Assembly: GCF_018350175.1 (NCBI RefSeq)
Contig: NC_058368.1
Span: 36,582,001-36,646,000, forward strand
Direction: 5' to 3'
Origin: Felis catus
Taxonomy: Eukaryota
DNA: 64,000 nt
The notes beneath the pieces are model-generated. The model made no database searches, was not told the origin of the DNA, and was given only the letters and a program-made list of their open reading frames with translations. Every line of letters starts with the position of its first letter. Positions within the stretch are counted from its first letter, which is position 1. This document shows positions 51,113-63,636 of the stretch, one piece after another. A program made the position numbers and the translations under genes.

Positions 51113-53721
51113 TATACTATAGAAACGACTATCAGTTAATAAATGAAGAAGACTAAGAGTTGGTAGGCTTTAAGAGAATTCCTAAGCCCTCTTCTTCAAA
51201 GCAGAGTACTAGATTTTGTCACTTACTTTGGCCAGAAGAAGATTCCCTTGAGCTCCCTCCCCTCTTCTTTTCCCTCCCTCCTTGTCTCTCCCTATTTTCT
51301 TCCTCCCTCCCTCTTTCTCTGCTTCCCTCTTTCTCTCTCTCTACGCACTTCAAGCTTTTTAGGACTATGAGGACTATGTCTTTGTCCTATTAGATAAAGA
51401 GTTTGTAGTATATTTGACCTTCCAGGCTCGACCCATAATGGCAACAACCCCAGCCTCGTATAGTCTCCTAGTGTCTCTGTAGTTAACTTGTCTCGTGGGC
51501 CTGCCTCCGTGACTCTTAGCCAACACTGGTTGATAAAGAGACACGTTTGGCGAACATTTATTTTCCTCCCATTTATTTTGTCTCCTTTGAGAACATAGGC
51601 GTGAAACACACCAATAGCACAGTGCCTGCTACAAAAGACTTGGGATCCCTCTGGTCTATAGAAATAACAAGGAAAGCTGGGTTTGCTACCTGGAGATTAT
51701 GGGGCTCAAAAAGGCTTAGAGATTCTGCTCACAAGAGGATGAAACCATTTCCCTTGACGAAGACTAGTAGGTACGAGGAACACAGTGGTCAGAGGGGAAG
51801 TGGAAGGTCAAAATAAGGGTATTAAACAAAGGAAAGGGCTCTTAGGGAAATACCTGAAAAGGAAGAGCAGACTCTTTCGGCTCTCATTCTCCAAGAGAGC
51901 AAGCCATCTGCATAAAGGAGAATTCCCCCACCCACTCAGAATGTAAAAACCCTGGCCTTATTACCCCTTATGTTAAGAGTTTTCTGCTAAATGATCTCCG
52001 GTTGGTCTCTGGCAGTGGATGGGTTTTCTGGCACATGGTAACTCCTTTCTCTTTTCTTTGCTAATTTTTCCATCTGCCTTCTTTTCAGATAACAAGGTTT
52101 ATTTTATGACCATGGTTAGACCGCTAATGTAGGTTAAAATCTCAAGTCCTTGCTTGCTAGTATTGTCAGGTGCACATTATAATACAATCCTAGATAGTGA
52201 ACATTATAACATGAGGGAACTCTAATGGCATCATATTTTGTTTCACATTAGGATAGCCTTAACTGAAGTAATCTAATGATTCAATTCAAAGACTGCTGGG
52301 GTACCCTCAATAAGTCTTATAGATGACTTTGAGAGACTAGCTGCCTGTATTGCAGAGTCTAGGTAGGGTGTTTTATTTTATTTAAATAATAATTTTAGAG
52401 TAGCTGTTGTTAGGAAAAGTACCCCTAGGAAAGGGCAAACAGGATTTTTTTTTTTTTTTGGATACCTATTTTTATGTTGATGGTTTGAGGAGTACAGAAA
52501 TATCCATAATTATCACAGACTAAGTGCTTTGGGGTTTTATAGGAAAAGAACAAAACTTAGAAGAATGTGGTGACCTATACTAATTATGAGTGGCAAACTC
52601 TTGCCCTTTCATCATTAAAGAAAGGCAGTTTTGTTAAAGTTCAAGGGTTTGTAGGGCTTCTGCTTATGGTCAGGATAAAGCAACAGAGGATGGATTTGCC
52701 TTCCTGCCTGAAACCCTTAAAGAACTAGACAAAATATATGAGACACTGGAACTCCAGACATTGGCCACAAGGCAACGAGGTACTGTGAGTCTTGACGGAT
52801 GGGAAGCAACTAGGTGAGCCCTGCAATTGCTCCAGACTACTGCCTAGAGAAAGTTTGGAGACTGTTGTGGGGCCGGGGGGGGGGGGGGGGGGAGGGGGGG
52901 GGTTGGAACCCAGCCAGTGTGTTTTGTTCTCTGTGAGTTGAGAGATGGAGGAGGGAATGTAGGGAAGACAGAATAGGAAGATTTTGCAGGGCAGAATATC
53001 AGGAAATGGTGCATAGACCTAGGTATAATACCTAAAGCTGGGAGAAAACACAGGAAATTTTTATGACTTTGCATGTAGACGGAGTTCTAAACTCTATAAC
53101 ACCAAAAACGTGATCCATAAAAGAACCAATTGATAAATATAGCACTTAATCAAATTAAGAATTTCTGCTTTTCAAAGATACTGTTAAAAAACTAGAAAGA
53201 CAAGACACAGAGTTGGAAAAATATATTTGCAAATCACATATCTGATAAAGGACTTCTATACAGAATATATAAGGAATTCTCAAAATCCAGTAAGAAAACA
53301 ACCCAATAAAAAATAGGCAAAAGATTCGAACATACATTTGACCAAAGAAGATACACAGATGGCAATTAAGCACATGAAAAGATGCTCAACATTAAGTAAA
53401 TGCAAATTAAAACCATAATGAGATAACCATTGCACATATATTAATATGAACAAAATTGAAAAGTCCCACCCTACCAAGATGTGGAGGAATTAGAACTCTC
53501 ATACACTGCTGGTGAGAATGTGAAATGGTACAAACTGTTTGGGAAATAGTTTGGCAGATTCTTAAAATGTTAAATATATACTTATTGAATGATCCAGTCA
53601 TTTTATTCCTGTTTACTCATGATAATGAAAGCATATGTTCATACTTAGATTTGTACATGAATGTTCATAGCGTCTTTATTTGTGATAGCCCAAACTGGAA
53701 ACAACTCAAAATCTGTTAACA

Positions 53722-54479
53722 TGTAGGGGAGCAAAATTTGTCACCCCAAAATATGTGTCTTTGGCAATGGCTGATAATTTTGAAGAAACAGAAGGCTCAG
53801 GAAGAACTTTTGATCTTCCCCCTCACTGCTTAAAAGAATTGAGATAGAGGGGGCACCTAGGTGGCTCAGTTGGTTGAGTGTCTGACTCTTGGTTTTGGCT
53901 CCTGTCACGATCTCCCAGTTCATGGGATCGGGTCCTGCCTCAGGCTCCACACTGATAGCAGGGAGCTTGCTTGGAATTCTCTCCCTTCCTCTCTGGCCCT
54001 CTCTCACTCGTGCTTTCTGTCTCTTTCTCAAAATAAAATAAATGAACATTAAAAAAAAAAAACTGTTTGAAGGAATTTAGATAGAGGACCAACTCCAGGA
54101 AAGGAGCTGTCACCATAGATAATTGTGAACTAGGAGTGGTAGACAGGGAGGAACTTGGCAAAGTCTGTTAAAATTCCTATGTCCCATTGTTTCTGTATGG
54201 CTCAGCAAACATTTGTTTACCAAACATTTACTCTTTTTCATTTTTTTGTAAATTGTTTCCCTTCTCTTTGACATTCCAGGCCCCAACCCCCTTCTCCTTA
54301 GCTCTGCATGGCATAAAAGCCTCACTTGCCTGACTACCTGTGATTCTCGTATTCTTATGGAGCCCTGTACATATGTAATTAGATTAGATTTTCTCCTATT
54401 AATCTGTCTCATATCAATTTAATTCTTAGGCCAGTCAAAAGAATCTTGAAGCATAGAGAAAAACTTTTCCTCCCCAACA
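53722..54479 (+). mobile_element. Solo ERV1 LTR (MER34-like) with 4-bp TSD AACA
   Basis: TGTAGGGGAG...CTCCCCAACA termini; AACA at 53718-53721 and 54480-54483. Confidence 0.85.
53849..54069 (+). mobile_element. CAN-SINE nested inside the LTR
   Basis: Imperfect TSD aaagaattgagatagagg / aaggaatttagatagagg. Confidence 0.9.
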
Positions 54480-54843
54480 AACATGTAAGGGGATAAACAA
54501 ATTGTAGTATATCTGTAAATGAAATACAACTTAAGAATGAAAAGCAACTACAAGTATAAATGTCAAAATAATTATGCTGAGTGAAAGAGGCTAGCACCCC
54601 ACCAACCCCACTTCCTGAGAGAAAAAGAATGAGAGAGCAAACACACTGGAGGATTACATTTGTAGAAAACTATAGAAAATGCAAAGTAATCCCTAGTGGC
54701 AAAAAGCCGATAATGAGTGCTTGCCAAGGCTGGGGAGGAGTGGAGTGGGAAGAAGGAATCACCAAAGGGCATGAGGAAACTTTCTGGGGCAATGGATGTG
54801 TTCATTCTCTTGACTGTAGTGATGGTTTCATATATATACATAC

Positions 54844-54848
<5 letters not shown>

Positions 54849-54876
<28 letters not shown>
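54849..54876 (+). repeat. (TA)n microsatellite inside the L1 3' UTR
   Basis: Read directly from the sequence. Confidence 0.9.
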
Positions 54877-54880
<4 letters not shown>

Positions 54881-56591
54881 AAAATTTATCAAATGGGACC
54901 ATTAAATATATGCACTTTGCTGTATGCCAGTTACACCTCAATAAAAACAATTGTGAACCCAATGTGAGTATTTTCTTGCTCCTTACTAACTCACTGGAAT
55001 AATAGTGGGCATTATGGCTGCATTCAATGAAACACTCATAACTTTCCACTCTTCATTGGGTTATGCTAACAATATGTTGACAGTTACAATTGTCTTTGTT
55101 AGGAAATATTTAACATAAAAATATTAATAATTCTTTATGATCATTTTAGACACTTTAAATTATTGCTGTTATTTGTAAAGCTCTTGATTCTCAGAGGACA
55201 GAGAGGTTGTTATAATTGTTGATACATTTGTTGTGTTACTGCCACTTAGACTAACTCTTCTTGTGGCCTGAGGTTTTATGTATATGTATGTGTGTCTAAA
55301 TTTTCTACTGTTAAACTTTCATCTGTCAGAAAACCCAGGCACTTCCTTAGAAGGACTAGGATTTTTTATAAACAATTGTCTGTATGAGCCCTCTCAATTT
55401 TTTTCTTTGTATTTACTATACAGTTTTCAAGTGCTGACAGAAGTAACTCTAGTACATGAGGCTTAATTTGCTGCTTAATAGGTACTTGTTTTAATTTTAT
55501 ACATCTTTTACATCTCTTGGGAAAATACAGCTCATAGGTGAATAACTTTGGCATTTTTACAGTGCTTTGAATTCTTCTAAGCTTTCCATGGCATCTTTTT
55601 CAAACATGCAGTAATTTCTCCCCCACCAATTTAATATTAGATCTGCATGACATATACGCCCTAAAATAAATACAGTTACAGAGTATTTACGTACTATTGT
55701 AACTCTCCTGTTTTTTGTAGTCAGGTTTATGCACACTGAATAAGTAACTGGCACATTTTGCCTTAACCTGTTGCTTTGGATTTATAACATGCTAAAACTC
55801 ATAAGCTCAATAGAGGAATCCAGATACATGTGATAATCACAAGGTTGAAGATTTTCATAACCATTGTATAGGAAACATTCCATTTTGAGATGAAACAGTA
55901 ATTTTTCCATGTCTTCATGGTATGCACACAACATAACCCCCTTTATATATAATGGTTTCCGTCTAAATTTTTCTTTGTAGCTCTCAAAAAAGCTTTGAGA
56001 AGTCTTTTTTTTTTTTTTTTTTTGGTCCTGCTGAGGAACATGGCCCAAGGAATTCAGGCCATTTGCTACTTCCTCGTTCATGGAAAATACAAGTAGAAAC
56101 ATTTCTGGCCTGGTCAGATTACAGTTTAGTTATCTCCCAAAATAATTTCTTCCATGAATTAATTTAATCACCTTAGTAGAAAATTGTGTCGTATGCTGTA
56201 TGTAAGCTGCTTAAGTAATATCAGCAGAATTGTCCCTTCCAAGTTCCATTCATACCGCTTCTTGGAATTTAAATCTTAGATCCATCATGGCAAATAGTTC
56301 CTACTTAGCAAGGCCATGTCCAGTTACCAAGGTGGGATTTTCTGGGTTCAAATGTTCCTACTTTAAACCCTGAATCTGATTCTTTACTTAGATTTAAGAC
56401 ACCAATAAACGAAAGCTACTAATATTATCAGAGTCATACTACAATGCACCAATGGAATTACTTGTTAATTCACTTAAACACTTTTGCAGAGGAGTGGACA
56501 TCGTTTTTGTTGTCTATCCAGACCCTCTTCTCTCGGCATTGCTTCTCCCCACTGTCTTCAGCACATGGTTTCAGAGAGAACCACTATGTTT

Positions 56592-56810
56592 TTTTATTTA
56601 ATTTTTTTTTAATGTTTTATTTATTCTTGAGGGTAAGAGAGACAGAGCATGAGTGAGGGAGGGGCACAGAGAGGGACACAGAATCCGAAGCAGACTCCAG
56701 GCTCTGAGCTGTCAGCACAGAGCCCGACGTGGGGCTTGAACTCAAGAGCCGTGAGATCATGACCTGAGCTGACGTCAGATGCTCAACCGACTGAGCCACC
56801 CAGGCGGCCC
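56592..56810 (-). mobile_element. CAN-SINE
   Basis: Antisense head ...gactgagccacccaggcggccc, with actatgttt on both flanks. Confidence 0.92.
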
Positions 56811-56969
56811 AAAATACTATGTTTGCATAGTATTTAGCATAGAGAGAAAGTAGAATCGTGAAATAGCGGGAAACAAAGGTTCTATGGCTTCTTGACTTTG
56901 TGACGTTGGTAAATCAGCTTAACCCTTCCTAAGTTTGTTTCCCCATCTGGGAACTGGGGATAATAGTAG

Positions 56970-57315
56970 TAAACTTGACCCTTGAACAACATGAGTTTGA
57001 ATTGCACGGCTCCATTTACACGCAGATTTTTTTCTTCAGTAAGCACAGTACAATGTTGTAAATATATTTTTCTCTTCTTTATGATTTACTTAATAGCATT
57101 CTCTTTTTTCTAACTTATTTTGTTGTAAGAGTACTGCATATAATACATATAATGTACAAAATATGTGTTAATCAACTGTTTATGTTACGGGTGAGGCTTC
57201 TGGTTAACAGTCTAGCGGCAGTTAAGTTTTGGGGGTGTCAAAAGTTATACATGGGTTTTTGACTACACATGGAGGTCAGTGCCCCAACCCCTGCTTTGTT
57301 CAATGGCCAACTGTA
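56970..57315. mobile_element. Tigger2a-like (TcMar) non-autonomous DNA transposon inserted in a MIR
   Basis: Terminal inverted repeats ttgacccttgaacaa ... ttgttcaatggccaactgta; MIR-like sequence on both sides (~56850-56970 and ~57316-57390). Confidence 0.8.
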
Positions 57316-57394
57316 CTTATAGGATTATTGTGAGAGAGAGAGAATGAGACACAGCCTGTGGCCTTCAGAACCGGGCCTGGCACTCAACTCTCTT

Positions 57395-58200
57395 ATTGCC
57401 CATAAGCAATTTCACAGGATACCGACAGCAGACAAGGTCACTGTGACCATGCTGAGGCAAGAAACAACAAAGGCGCTCCATAATCATGTCTGAATATCAA
57501 AAATCAACAACAGACGTAAGAAAAAAAATCAAAACCGTAAGAAGAATATTGTTCAAACCACAAAAACGACCGCATGTCCCCTTTTTCTGGCGATTACTGG
57601 AATGACCATAATTCCACAGCTGCCTTGCCAGGTACAGCTTTTGTTCTACTTCACTTGTCCCACCATCTGGATAAAAATGATCGTGATGTCCAATCACAAA
57701 ATGTTCTTGCTTCCTGACAGCATCCAGTGCCGAGCGAAGCCCACTTTTCTTGCACCATCCCGAGTCCCCTAACACCAGGTCAGACCCTATTAACTATTAA
57801 CTATTCTAGTTTCTGTATCTGATGTTTTGCCTCCTGGGGCACTGCTGCCTTGATCCACACTTTCACATGCAAACTAACCACTCCAGAGCCTATTTACACT
57901 CCTGAGACACTAACCCCTTGTCCTAATCTCCCCGGCACCAGGCAGTGACAACTAAGGGCAGCCCCACAACCCAGTGAAATCGTTCCACCTCTCCTAAACC
58001 TAGTAAGCCCATTCCTTCCTGGGAGGCCACAATAAAGGTGTTCCCCTTTCTCCTCGCTCTCTGCCTGCCACCAGCCTCAGTGTTCTTTCCTGTGGCGTAT
58101 CCCCTACTCTGGGGAACTGTACAAAAAAATATATCTTTTCGATGGCAATTGTCTTGTGTCGTTCTCACCGAACTGGAATGAAAGCAAAATCTCACGTACA
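57395..58200 (+). mobile_element. Composite of LTR fragments (ERV1-like, with a MER74-like segment at ~57800-58170)
   Basis: aagcaatttcacagga...cagacaaggtcactgtgaccatg...ctccataatcatgtctgaa; ccacaataaagg LTR poly(A) signal. Family names are tentative. Confidence 0.55.
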
Positions 58201-58583
58201 TTTTCAAATGCCTGTAAGTTCTTTCCAACATCCTCTTACTAACACATTCCACAGTTCTCCATGCCATGTGGTCTCTTGCATTTCGGTGAGCCAATAAGCC
58301 AAATTCATTTTACGGCACATATGTTTTTTGTGGTCTTTGGCTGGAGAACGTTAATATGAGGTCATGTGAAGTAATGCCTGTAAAGGTCAATCACTGAAAA
58401 CTGTAAACACTTCAATGATATCATTAAAAATGTCATCTGGTTCCCTTGCCCATGAGTCATTGGCTCAGGAGATGACCTTGGGGGACCAATGAGATTTCTC
58501 TTTAGACAAATGGACCTGCAACAAGTGAACTTCAGAAGTTCCTGAACCTGTTTTGTTGTTTTCTCTATCTAGGAAATAGAACC

Positions 58584-59302
58584 TGATGAGGGTTTGGAGT
58601 GATGGGGGGGCGGGTCCAGAGCCAACGACCAAGAAACAATTCTCAAAGACGTCTTTGGTGAAAAAGGTGGTTTTATTAAAGTGCGGGGACAGGACCTGTG
58701 GGCAGAAAGCACTGTCATGGACCCCGTGGAGAGACAGGTAATATATCTGGGAGTTGGGGGAGGTAAAGTCAAAGGGAAGTTTTCAATGAGATTTTCATAT
58801 GCTGAAGAAGATTCACAGGATACTGGAGGCCTGGCTATTGTCAAGCTGAGGTTGTTTTTCCCTCTAGCAAAACATTAGTTAGCTTTAAGACAGTAGGGAG
58901 TTCCAGGAGAAATATTTAACTCTGCCGGCCTCTAGTATCTGTCAATGGGCTGCAGGTTATAAGGAAATTTAATTTTATCTGTCATTCATTTCCTTCTGCC
59001 TTTGTTTCCCATATCATTATGGAAGGGTGATGTTGGGGATCCAGGAAACCAAGTCTATAGGTTTCTGGAGATCGCTACTAATAAGATTGCCTTTTTCCTG
59101 CAATTTACTAAAATATTTGAAAACTTATGGAGACCCATGTCCTGTATGAGTGTGATCTCTATCACTTGGCCATTTGTTTTCTTTCCTTTCCTTTGTCCTT
59201 GGGCAGCCAGGAGTGGCGGAGGAATATCACACACATCCCACCTGGGATGGTGGGGAGGCTAGCTTGCACTTTGTCCTCAACCTGTCCCACGCTCCTTCAT
59301 CA
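58584..59302 (-). mobile_element. Complete solo LTR (719 bp) with 5-bp TSD GAACC
   Basis: TGATGAGGG...CCTTCATCA inverted termini; GAACC at 58579-58583 and 59303-59307; TTTATT (antisense poly(A) signal) near 58672. Confidence 0.88.
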
Positions 59303-59590
59303 GAACCCATCTACTATGATAGAGTAGAAAGCATTTAATGCTCATAGAGAAGTGGGGGGTGGGGGTGGGGTGGGGGTGATAAGAGGATTAACTGAGTTCC
59401 TCACCAGTATCTTGTTTATGCCCATTCCCTGAGTCTGGTGAGGTCTCTTCCTTTGGATCCTGTGAGATACCCCAGGATCCTAATTAATCCCAATACAGTT
59501 TGCTTAAGGGAGACTAAGTATGTTACTTTCAGCCAAAACAAATCCTCATAGATGTAATTAACATAACTATTAATTATAATAAATTAATTA

Positions 59591-59716
59591 GGGGTGTCTG
59601 GGTGGCTCAGTCGGTTAAGTGTCCGACTCTTGATTTCAGCTCAGGTCATGATCTCATGGTTTGTGAGATCGAGCTCCCAGTTCGGCTCTACGCTGACAGT
59701 GTGGAGCCTGCTTGGG

Positions 59717-59768
<52 letters not shown>

Positions 59769-59838
59769 CCCACCCTGCTTGTACACACTTTCTCATTCTC
59801 TCTCTCTCTCTCTCCCTCCAAAATAAATAAACTTTAAA
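59591..59838 (+). mobile_element. CAN-SINE with expanded (CT)n and TSD AAATTAATTA
   Basis: TSD at 59581-59590 and 59839-59848. Confidence 0.94.
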
Positions 59839-60912
59839 AAATTAATTAATAAATAATATATTAAATAGGTAAGTTCATAAGCACCTTCCATATTACAAGG
59901 AATTGGTAATATTTTCTAGCTATGAGAGAATTTCCTTCGACATTTCTTTTTCTAATTTCTATACCCTTCCACTTTTGTGGAAGCATCATATGGGCTCAGC
60001 ATCCCATGGGCTTCCTAACAGTAAGTTTTTTATTAGGGTCCTTCACAATCTTGTTACACTTACCACAAATATAAGAGCTGCCACGGCTGGTGGGGTAGGG
60101 GTGTGAGTGGGTGAGGTGGGGGGTGGGGGACAATGCTTCCTTCTTTTGGTCTCTGCTTGTTCTGGGCTGGGTAGCTCTGAATGGGGTGTCTGTCTAAGGT
60201 CGTAAGCGTCCCAGGCTTTTAAGGCTGTGCTTTTTGAATATTTTCCCCACATGATCCCTAAACATTAAAATACAAAGCAAAATCAGCCAAATGACTACTG
60301 GCATAATTTTAAGGCGATGTAAAAAAATTATATGAGGATTTTATAAGTTGCAAAGATACAGTTCCTCCCATGGTGTATATGGTGTGCTTTTAACGTATTT
60401 ATGTATTTTCTTCAAAACCTTGGAGCTGCACATTTAACTCGTTCAGCTTTTGGACCATGTTCTCCATTTTCCATAGGTTAGCCAAGGCCAGTGCTCAGGC
60501 CAGACCGGTCAGCCAAATCAAAGCATGGGGGCTTGGGGCTCAGAAAATGTTTTAATTTTCTTCCCCCCGCCCCGAATCAACAAATATGGCATAATACCTT
60601 TCTTTGAAACATTCATCTCAGTCCTGAATTCTAAGGTAGATGGAGCCTGGCTGTGTGTTTGTCACAACGAAAGATTGACTCAGGGTGCCTTGGCCACCTT
60701 CTCTTCACACCAGCTCCGGGACTCTCCCTCAGGGGATAGTTCTTCTTGAGTCTTCTCCACTGCCACCCCTTCTCCCCAACCAGGAAGAAAGCAGCATTTT
60801 CAGATCCATGGAAGTTAAGAGCTATGCCTTTCTCCTCTTCCTTCCCCTTCTTCTTCTTGTTCTAAATGTATCTACTTTTTATCAAAAGCATATTGGTTTC
60901 AGATAGGGGTGT

Positions 60913-61454
60913 TGTTGCCGGATTTTTCACCGCAATGCCCGGGATTCGTTGTCTCCCCGTTTCGATGAATGAAAGAGGTGGACACAAAATAAGCGGCAGG
61001 CAAAAGTTGATTAGAATATAAGATTAGAAAGGAAGAATAGGAGGAAAGCTCTCTTCACAGAGAGGGGACACTGCAAAGTGAATGCCCGAGGACTGTAGGC
61101 AAGGGTCCTTGTTTTGTAAGGTTCTGGTCAGCCTTCCCCCTGCCCTACCCCCTGTTCCTCCTCAGGTTCTACCCTTATTGGCTTCATAGCTCTAGGCACT
61201 GGGTTGTCCATTCCTGATTGGCTCGTTTCCATCGTATGAGGGGTGGTCTATGGTCATACTTTGGTCTTTTGTCAAATTCCTGAGGGAAACCTGAGGGGGA
61301 GTAGGTGGGGTCTGTTACATTCTTAAGAGGAACCTTGGGTTTGCTGTGGTCAGACAGTCCCAGCATTGTTCGAACATAGATGTTTTTCCCCACCCTGGGA
61401 CCTCAGGCCCTAAGCTTTCCCTGTCTGCCTACTGAACCCTATCTTTTCCTATCA
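60913..61454 (-). mobile_element. Solo LTR (probable ERV1), antisense
   Basis: TG...CA ends, two CCAAT boxes on the minus strand (attgg), LTR-like composition. TSD not clear. Confidence 0.65.
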
Positions 61455-61749
61455 TAGTATCGGACAATCATAAACGCACAGGCCCCTTTTTATGCCTTTT
61501 CTTTGTTGTAAGAGAGAGAAAGATGACCCTGAACAGCCAGGAGGAAGAGGAAGAAGTGACAGAGGAGACATAAGCATTACATTTGGAAAGATCAGTTTTT
61601 GGAAGAATAAAAATGAAAATTTCAGGGTTTAGAAAATGTTTCCTTCAAACTACTCAAGTCTGTGTGGCCTATGGAAATCGTCAGGTCTCCCCAGATGTAG
61701 GTGTCCCCTTGTGAAATATCAGTGCTGTTGCCTAAGGCAGCAATGCCCC

Positions 61750-61912
61750 ATGTTTAGAGACCCGCAGAATTTTCCAGAAGGCTGGCTTACAGGCAGCTGC
61801 CGGCTCCACCCCCAAGATTCTGATTCTGTGGCTCTCAGCTCCGCCCTGGGAATATGCATGTGAGCCAGTCTCCTGAGCTGATGCTTTTGGCCAGCTGCAA
61901 CTCTCAGAAACA
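61750..61912. mobile_element. MER5-like DNA transposon relic
   Basis: ctccacccccaagattctgattctgtgg...ccctgggaatatgcatg. Confidence 0.6.
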
Positions 61913-61997
61913 CCCTTCGGAAAGGATAAGCAGAATCTCCCGCAGCTTTAGAAATGCAGGTCACGGCCTCAGAATCAGAAGGCTTGGGGGTGGCGGG

Positions 61998-63125
61998 TGT
62001 AATAAGGAAAAGTAAAACTTAAAAATAAGAGGTTTAATTCTCCCTGTTGAAAACAAGGGAGGAGATTCCTCTCCCTCCTTTTTCTCAGAACCTTACTTTA
62101 GAAAACTTGTAATTGTTGGTAGTTTCTTCTCTCTTTGAAATGTATATAAATCCTTTGAAAACCAGATAGGCCTTTGTCAGCTTGATGACCCATGAATGCC
62201 GTTCTCAGGGACCTGGGAGGCATCTCTTTGAAATGTAAACACAAGGAATGCACTCCCTCCTTCTCCTAGTTTCTGTGGGAGGCAGGGTGCTCTGCAGAAG
62301 GTGCAAAGTGCCAGTCGCAAAGGTATTGAGAATTTGTTTCTCCGCTAGATAAAGCCGATAAACTAATACAGACCTGTAGGCAGAATCCCCAGAAAAAGAA
62401 AGACAACAACACATAGCTTTCTTGACATAAGAAAAGTCATTTTAGGCCCACAGCCGTCGTGTGAAAGAATGTAAGAGCAAAGAGCCAGTAGCAGTCCGGG
62501 AGATAGCCTAATTGTACTCAGAAGAGAAGACTGACCCACACATCCCCTGGAGTTATCCTTGCAGGATAAACCCCTTTGAGCACTCAGATACCAGACCAAC
62601 CGGAGCCAGAGAAGTAATGATGTGGATTCCGGCAGGTCCTCATGACTTTGACCTGGACGCAGTCACCTTAAGGTGAGTTTTGCCCCGGGTCTATGTTGTA
62701 TTCCCCATTACACAAGCCCCTTCATGAATACATACACACACTTAGCTTAAAATTTCCCCAGTTTTGTTATTGGGGAGACACTACTTTGGGAACCATCCCC
62801 ATGTCTTCTTTTATTTATTGCAGGTAAAACCCTTTCTTTTCCTATTCTCGGCTCTGTCTTTTAGCTTGACATCCACCAAGAGGCAAGCCCAGTTCTGGGT
62901 AACCACCCCACTTGGTATGTGAGTCAAGGATAAACTATGTATAACAAATGATGCTGTCCCCTTACTTGCGGACTAGTTATTGTTTATCTTGAGAACCTGT
63001 CTGTAATGGGTTCTATCTGCTTGGCTATATGAGGGGGTGAGATTTCTTTCTGTCATTGCCATGTAATCTCTTAGCAGACTGCCTGTGATATGTGTCACAT
63101 TCAGGCTTAATACTCATTCACTAAT
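61998..63125 (+). mobile_element. MER67-like ERV1 LTR interrupted by a second LTR (~62288-62905)
   Basis: TGTAA start and repeated tctctttgaaatgta motifs; the sequence style changes at ~62288 and resumes at ~62905. Family names are tentative. Confidence 0.55.
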
Positions 63126-63632
63126 TGTGAGGAGTAAGGAGATGATTCATTTTTAGAAATACCAAACAAAAGCTGTGCTGTCTAGTTAACAGTAGGTTTA
63201 CAACCTATTGGAAATACGTATGAACCCGCCTCCCCCAACAATGGAGTCCCAAACCCTTGGACACTTCACTTCCTGGTTCTGCTTCCCCTCTCCATTTCGC
63301 GGGCTTTGCAATGAGCATGTGCCAAAGAACAAAGGGGGGACTGAAAGTTTCTGTGTCACCTTAGGAATTGGACATTTGTTCCAATCAGACTACTTTTGGC
63401 CTTACATGGGCATAGGCGACGGCCAGGTAAGGCTGTAACTTCTGTAGTACTTAGCCAATGAAGAACCAGGGGAGGGGCTTCACACTAGGAGATAAATTGC
63501 CTGCTGTAACTGTCCTGAGTGTGCCTGTCCCTCAGACACTCCTCTTGCAAGAATGTTGATTAAAGCCTCGCTTCACTCTGCTCTGAGTCTCAGCATCCCT
63601 CCTTTGATTGGGTCAGCGGGCTTATTTCCCAA
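63126..63632 (+). mobile_element. Solo LTR with CTAAT flanking duplication
   Basis: TGTGAGGA start; CCAAT boxes, TATA-like gataaa and ATTAAA poly(A) signal; CTAAT at 63121-63125 and 63633-63637. Confidence 0.75.
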
Positions 63633-63636
63633 CTAA

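Larger units (their letters stand above)
53090..54950 (+). mobile_element. Old L1 3' portion (ORF2 end and 3' UTR), interrupted by an LTR
   Basis: atatttgcaaatcacatatctgataaaggactt...cacatgaaaagatgctcaaca...tacacctcaataaaa; the L1 sequence resumes after 54483. Confidence 0.85.

Noticed and set aside
53155..54967. ORFs over the L1 fragment as an active LINE ORF2
   Set aside because: Fragmented by stops and frameshifts and interrupted by an LTR and a SINE.
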